Below, piece after piece: positions 59,686-64,000 of a stretch of 64,000 nt of DNA. The first letter of the stretch is position 1. Each line of letters opens with the position of its first letter. This DNA comes from Cyanophora paradoxa CCMP329 (Eukaryota; Plantae; Glaucophyta). The position numbers were made by a program, and so were the translations under genes. Location of the stretch: assembly GCA_004431415.1 (NCBI GenBank), contig QPMI01000490.1, positions 62,001-126,000 on the forward strand, written 5' to 3'. The notes under the pieces are model-generated. The model was not told the origin of the DNA. It saw only the letters and a program-made list of their open reading frames with translations, and did no database searches.

Positions 59686-59958
59686 CTAATCGAACCTAAT
59701 GCAAATATCCCTATACTCTACTCTAATTGATGAAGTAGCCCTTTTCCTATAAGCCTGAGAGTGCTTTTTGTTGCATTCCCTACACCCTGATCCCTTCACA
59801 TGATTAAAGGGATAGGTAAGGATCACCTTATTACACTGCAAACATCTAACAGATACTTTCTCTTGAGCTTTGATGTAATGTGTCTCACTGTAATCGAATT
59901 TATCTTTACCATGAACTGTCATAGCAGCATCAATAAACTTTTTTGTTTTACTATCCAT
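59686..59958 (-). CDS. Small Zn-ribbon protein (DUF723-like domain typical of viral homing-endonuclease-associated proteins)
   Basis: FIDAAMTVHGKDKFDYSETHYIKAQEKVSVRCLQC..PFNHVKGSGCREC. Confidence 0.7.
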   Translation of the reverse strand: MDSKTKKFIDAAMTVHGKDKFDYSETHYIKAQEKVSVRCLQCNKVILTYPFNHVKGSGCRECNKKHSQAYRKRATSSIRVEYRDICIRFD

Positions 59959-59980
59959 ACTCTATATATAACCAATATTC

Positions 59981-60810
59981 TTATGGAGCAGTATCCTGCC
60001 CAAAAATGGGGAAATATCGATTTGTGCCATAGTATTCAGCATAGGTATTCTGCCTTGCAATAAAATCGGTTCTCTCAGCATATAATACACACTTGTAGAT
60101 ACCAAACTTGGTGGCTCTCACCAGAAACTGATAGTCTTCCAAACCGAAATTGACTCCATGATAAGCAATACCAAAATTATCATATGGGGTGATCACAACT
60201 GCAAAATTAGGAGTTCCACCCTCCACTTGACATACAGCATATACATCTGGTGGAATATCCACAACAACCTTGTAGTGGTCACCAATCTCAACAAGAGAAT
60301 CTACTACTGCTGTCTGTTCATTTACTACAATGGGGAATATTTTGATTATATAGGGGCATTCATGCTGGGGACATAGGTTCGAATTCTTGTATTGGGATCA
60401 ATGGGATTGGGTTGATCATTCACAAATAAAGGCGCTCCAACAGCCCACCAACCCTAAGACCATCACCAATATAAGCTCCCCCGATTTGCAGTTAATAGCT
60501 CCCGACCTAGATTCAAAAGAATAAGTAGAAAGAGGATCTCCATAGCTATCTGGGTCTCCATAATGAGCAGAAAAGTTTGCATTGGTAACAAGTAGCTTAG
60601 TTGTCTTAACTATTCCATTATTTTTATCACATCTGAGTTCCTGTAATCTCAGTTTATGGGTGGAACCAAAGGTGTTCATTGTAGGTTGGACCTCTGTTGA
60701 TTGGAGACCCTCTACATCATCAAAAGTAGCATGCTGCAGAACATGGTTTGCTGGTGCAGCTAATGATAGCTGAGGTGTAATAATTCGTTCAAGTGGGGTT
60801 GCTCAGCCAT
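59981..60810 (-). CDS. Fibre/spike-like protein paralogue 2 (four apparent 1-nt deletions in homopolymers)
   Basis: Adding one base at 60795-98, 60478-82, 60444-46 and 60353-56 yields one ORF: MAEQPPLERIITPQLSLAAPANHVLQH..LRLQELRCDKNNGIVKTTKLLVTNANF..SGGAYIGDGLRVGG..DIPPDVYAVC. It is colinear with paralogue 1. Confidence 0.65.
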
Positions 60811-60832
60811 TTTACATTAAAGGATATATCTT

Positions 60833-61686
60833 TTATGGGGTTGGGTCATCAATTACATCTAATTCTTGGTAAAATCCTGTTGTGAATATATCAGCAACAT
60901 TTACCCCACGAAGTGCTGATACAGCTGCTATATCTGTTCTCAGTCCCATAATCATAGTATTGTATACTCCAACCTCAGTGACAAACAGATCATAGGTAAA
61001 TGTCAAATTGTTATAAACACAATATCCTCTGCCAAAATGGTTCGAAGCTTGAACAAAGAATAAGTAGTTGTGTCCTGGTTGATTATTATTGGCTCTACAC
61101 ATGGAAAGCATTGCAGTGGGAAGAGGAATATTTCTTCTTACTCGATCAGTTCCTGTAATGGAAACTAATTCCGAATTCTCAAGAGTTACAGAGGATGCAA
61201 CATAGAAATGCAAAAAAGGTTGCTGTGCAACAGGTGTGTAGAAACGAATTCGTTGTGGGTTCTCCACATTTTGTTCGAGAGTATCTGGACATCATTGTAG
61301 GAAACAGATGAAGATAGCTGACCTGAAACTCTGCAGCCACCACCAATAAATGCTCCTCCTGATCTCACAGTTACAGCAGCAGTGTTTTTATCATAATCAA
61401 GGGCTTTCAGATCAACACTGTAAGCATCAGGACCTCCATTAGTAGGCTGAAAGAAGTTAGCATTTGTGACAAGAAGTCGAGTTGTTTTAACCACACCAGA
61501 ATTCTTATCAGCTCTCAGCTCTTTAACTCGAATAATCGAATTTTTATCAAAGGAGTTACCATTGGAATTGGGTCTCTCTGTGGATTCTAAACCACGAACC
61601 TCATCATTAACTTCATGCTGGCGAAAGTGCATTGCAGGGGATCCAAGGGAATATATTGGAAGTTGAACTCGATTATATTCACCCAT
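60833..61686 (-). CDS. Fibre/spike-like protein paralogue 1 (one apparent 1-nt deletion at about 61287)
   Basis: ORFs 61186-61686 and 60833-61267 join as NDV(P)DTLEQNVENPQRIRFY. Contains IRVKELRADKNSGVVKTTRLLVTNANF and TAAVTVRSGGAFIGGGCRVSG. Confidence 0.68.
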
Positions 61687-61725
61687 TGCTTCTTTTACTA
61701 AGAAGGAAAGAAAAATAAACTACCA

Positions 61726-62031
61726 TCAAGCCAAAGTGATTAAATTCGATCCAAGGGATTGGTAAACAGTTGAAAGAACTTGCAGGTTGGACGTCATTGC
61801 TTTAATGTTGTTATCACACTCATTGTATTTAGCAACAGGGTCACCATATGCAGATTTGGCAAGGACATTAACCAAGAGGTTTTTATACTCATTGACAACT
61901 GGTGAGAGCTTATTGGTTTGCTGAATCGTTTTTTCAACTGTTTGTAATGCGTTTACAAGGGTGATTGTATCGAAAGAAAGCGCAACAGGCTCAGTAGAAT
62001 AGGTGGTTCCACCAAGTGGATAGGTTGCCAT
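61726..62031 (-). CDS. 101-aa hypothetical, largely helical viral protein
   Basis: Intact ORF whose ATG directly follows the TAATAA stops of the fibre gene. Amphipathic or coiled-coil pattern. Confidence 0.65.
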   Translation of the reverse strand: MATYPLGGTTYSTEPVALSFDTITLVNALQTVEKTIQQTNKLSPVVNEYKNLLVNVLAKSAYGDPVAKYNECDNNIKAMTSNLQVLSTVYQSLGSNLITLA

Positions 62032-62034
62032 TTA

Positions 62035-64000
62035 TTATACTGAGATATTTTTAATTTGATCTATTTGACTTTGGAGATTCTGACATGTTTGTGTTAAATC
62101 TTTGCATTTCTGGGATAATTCTTTAACGGCTTCTATGAGAACTGGAATTAAACCTGTGTATTCGAGAGCTAAGTAGCCATCGTCTTGTTTTGCTCTCACA
62201 ACTTCTGGTATTACCTGTTGCACATCTTGCGCAATTAAACCTAATCTTGTTCCATCTTTTTCACTTCCGATTCGTTTAAAACTCACTCCTTCTAATTTCT
62301 CTATTGCTGAAAGAGCGCCAGTTATCTTTTTAATATCGGTTTTGTATCTTCTATCGCTACCTTGTCCGAGATAGTTTCTAACCCACATGTATCCATCATC
62401 ATTTATAAATGCTACATGTGTATCCCACGTATTTCTAAATTCTACTACTGTTGTTGCATGTCCTCTAATATATGTAGTTGATGCTGAACCGAAATATATT
62501 CTTGAATAACCTTCACTTGAAGTAATCCAAGTTCCGGTTGCCCAAATGGTGCGTTCATCTTTACTAAAAACGTTATCCCAACTTATAAAACCATTTGCTG
62601 GGGCTGTTCTTCCTTTTTCTTTTGTCCATCCAATCATACCAATGTGACATCTCCCTTTCCTTGCAACAAATCTTACATGGGAGAATGTATCACAATGGAA
62701 AGAAGTCCATGTTAAGCCATCATGCCAGTCTGAATCGTAATTATTTGAAACGGCTTGGTAGCAATTCACCCTCATAATGTGATGCCACCTCCCATTTCGA
62801 TAGCCTCCAATATCGAAATATCTGCAATTTGTCCAACACATATACTGAACATGACATGTTTTCATATTGCCAGGGACTTCAATTTGCGCCCAACCACCAT
62901 CTGTTTCATCGCCTGAAATGTTACTATAAAATCCATCGACTGGATTTGTGTAGGTTGGTGTCCAACCTGTTGTCCAAGATCCACTAAATGATAGACCGGG
63001 GGAGCCTGTCCCACTCCAAGTATCAAAACTGGTAATATTTCCAATTGAATTAGTGACATCTGTTAACGACAGATAGGATGTAGGAATAGTAGGTTTACTA
63101 TAAACATTATTCCAATGAATAAAACCGGTAGAACCACCATGTGAACTACTATTAGCTCGATCGTGTGTAAAACCAATACCCATAATGTGAACTCTTCCGA
63201 CTCTCGGATAAATACGGAGGTGAGTAAATCGACCGGCAAGGAAGATTGGGACATTATTAACTCCATGGTGATGGTTATCTACACTACCATCGTGTGGGTG
63301 ATAATTATTTACTCTTGTAATAAATACAATTCCATTTGCTCTAACTCCCCAAATCTCAAAGTAACGGCAAGAATTCCATGGTAAATGTGTTAGGAATGCT
63401 GTCCCATTCACCAATGCGGTAGGTATTGTATACTGAATCCAAGTAGTTGTAGAAACTTCATCATTGCCTTCACTGTTATAGGCATAACTTCCATAATTGT
63501 ATCCTGGATCCCATTGCCACCCACTACCGATTGTCCAAGTTCCGCCCGATGAATGATAAGCACCACCCGCTACTGTGTCGTCGAAACCGTAAAATTTCGG
63601 AATCTCATAACCATTTCTTTTAATGTTGCAACATCTATTGTTGTTGCACCAATGGTGGTAGCGCTTATTGTCGGAACTGTCAAAGTGTTGTTTACCCAAA
63701 GGTTACCATTGTCATAAGACTTCAAAATGGCTGTATCTCCTGAATTTCTAAATTCAATTGACACACCTTCACCATTCCCATACCCTCGAATATATGTTGT
63801 ATTACCACTACCAAACCAAAACCTTGGAATATTATCTGTTGATTTGTGCCAGTCCACAGAATTCACTGTCAATAAACTACCTAATGTATAGGTCGCTTCT
63901 GCTTTTGTTGCATAAGTTGCTGCAAAATCCGGTTGCTAAACACATTGTCCCAACTTACCATTCCAATCTCATTATCTGTTGCTCTCTGTCTACTCCAACC
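62035..64000 (-). CDS. Modular tail-fibre/spike protein with C-terminal peptidase S74 intramolecular chaperone; 5' end outside the window; apparent 1-nt deletions at about 63618-21 and 63933
   Basis: C-terminus SDRRYKTDIKKITGALSAIEKLEGVSF..LGLIAQDVQQVIPEVV..LEYTGLIPVLIEAVKEL plus a coiled coil. Repeated WxNVxSK(P) linkers and duplicated beta-rich domains. Confidence 0.85.

Larger units (their letters stand above)
57862..64000. mobile_element. Left end of an AT-rich endogenous DNA virus-like element (class undetermined: Polinton-like virus/virophage/NCLDV-related), continuing beyond the window
   Basis: Single-base compositional switch from GC-rich to strongly AT-rich DNA in the middle of a host exon. 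Structured non-coding terminus. Tightly packed, co-oriented, intronless ORFs including an S74-chaperoned fibre. No capsid, polymerase or integrase gene lies within the window. Confidence 0.8.

Overview
About 57.9 kb of GC-rich, intron-dense eukaryotic (protist/alga-like; host not identifiable from sequence alone) nuclear DNA is followed by an abrupt switch at 57862 to AT-rich, intronless, gene-dense virus-like DNA that runs off the window end. Host genes, in order: a Cys-rich GCC2/GCC3-repeat membrane protein (+); a giant fibrocystin-L/PKHD1L1-like protein (-); a TmcB/TmcC-like multipass protein (+); a TPR-CCCH-RING protein (-) bracketed by diverged direct repeats; a NACHT/STAND NTPase-TPR protein (-); a hypothetical protein (+); an F-box-LRR-ankyrin protein (+); and a HECT E3 ligase (+). 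In the NACHT-TPR gene, 12 TPRs are each encoded by an exact 126-nt phase-0 exon, and 6 of 13 flanking introns use GC donors. The HECT domain is cut mid-domain by the AT-rich element. That element starts with a 285-bp palindromic unit (perfect 29-bp arms) and a 1.4-kb repeat-rich non-coding end. It then encodes a prokaryote-type AdoMet decarboxylase, a Zn-ribbon protein, two paralogous fibre-like proteins, a small helical protein and a modular fibre with a peptidase S74 chaperone. The best candidates for novel biology are the endogenous virus-like element with its unusual terminus and the one-exon-per-repeat NLR-like receptor. Exon boundaries were read by eye and, except where stated as exact, are approximate.
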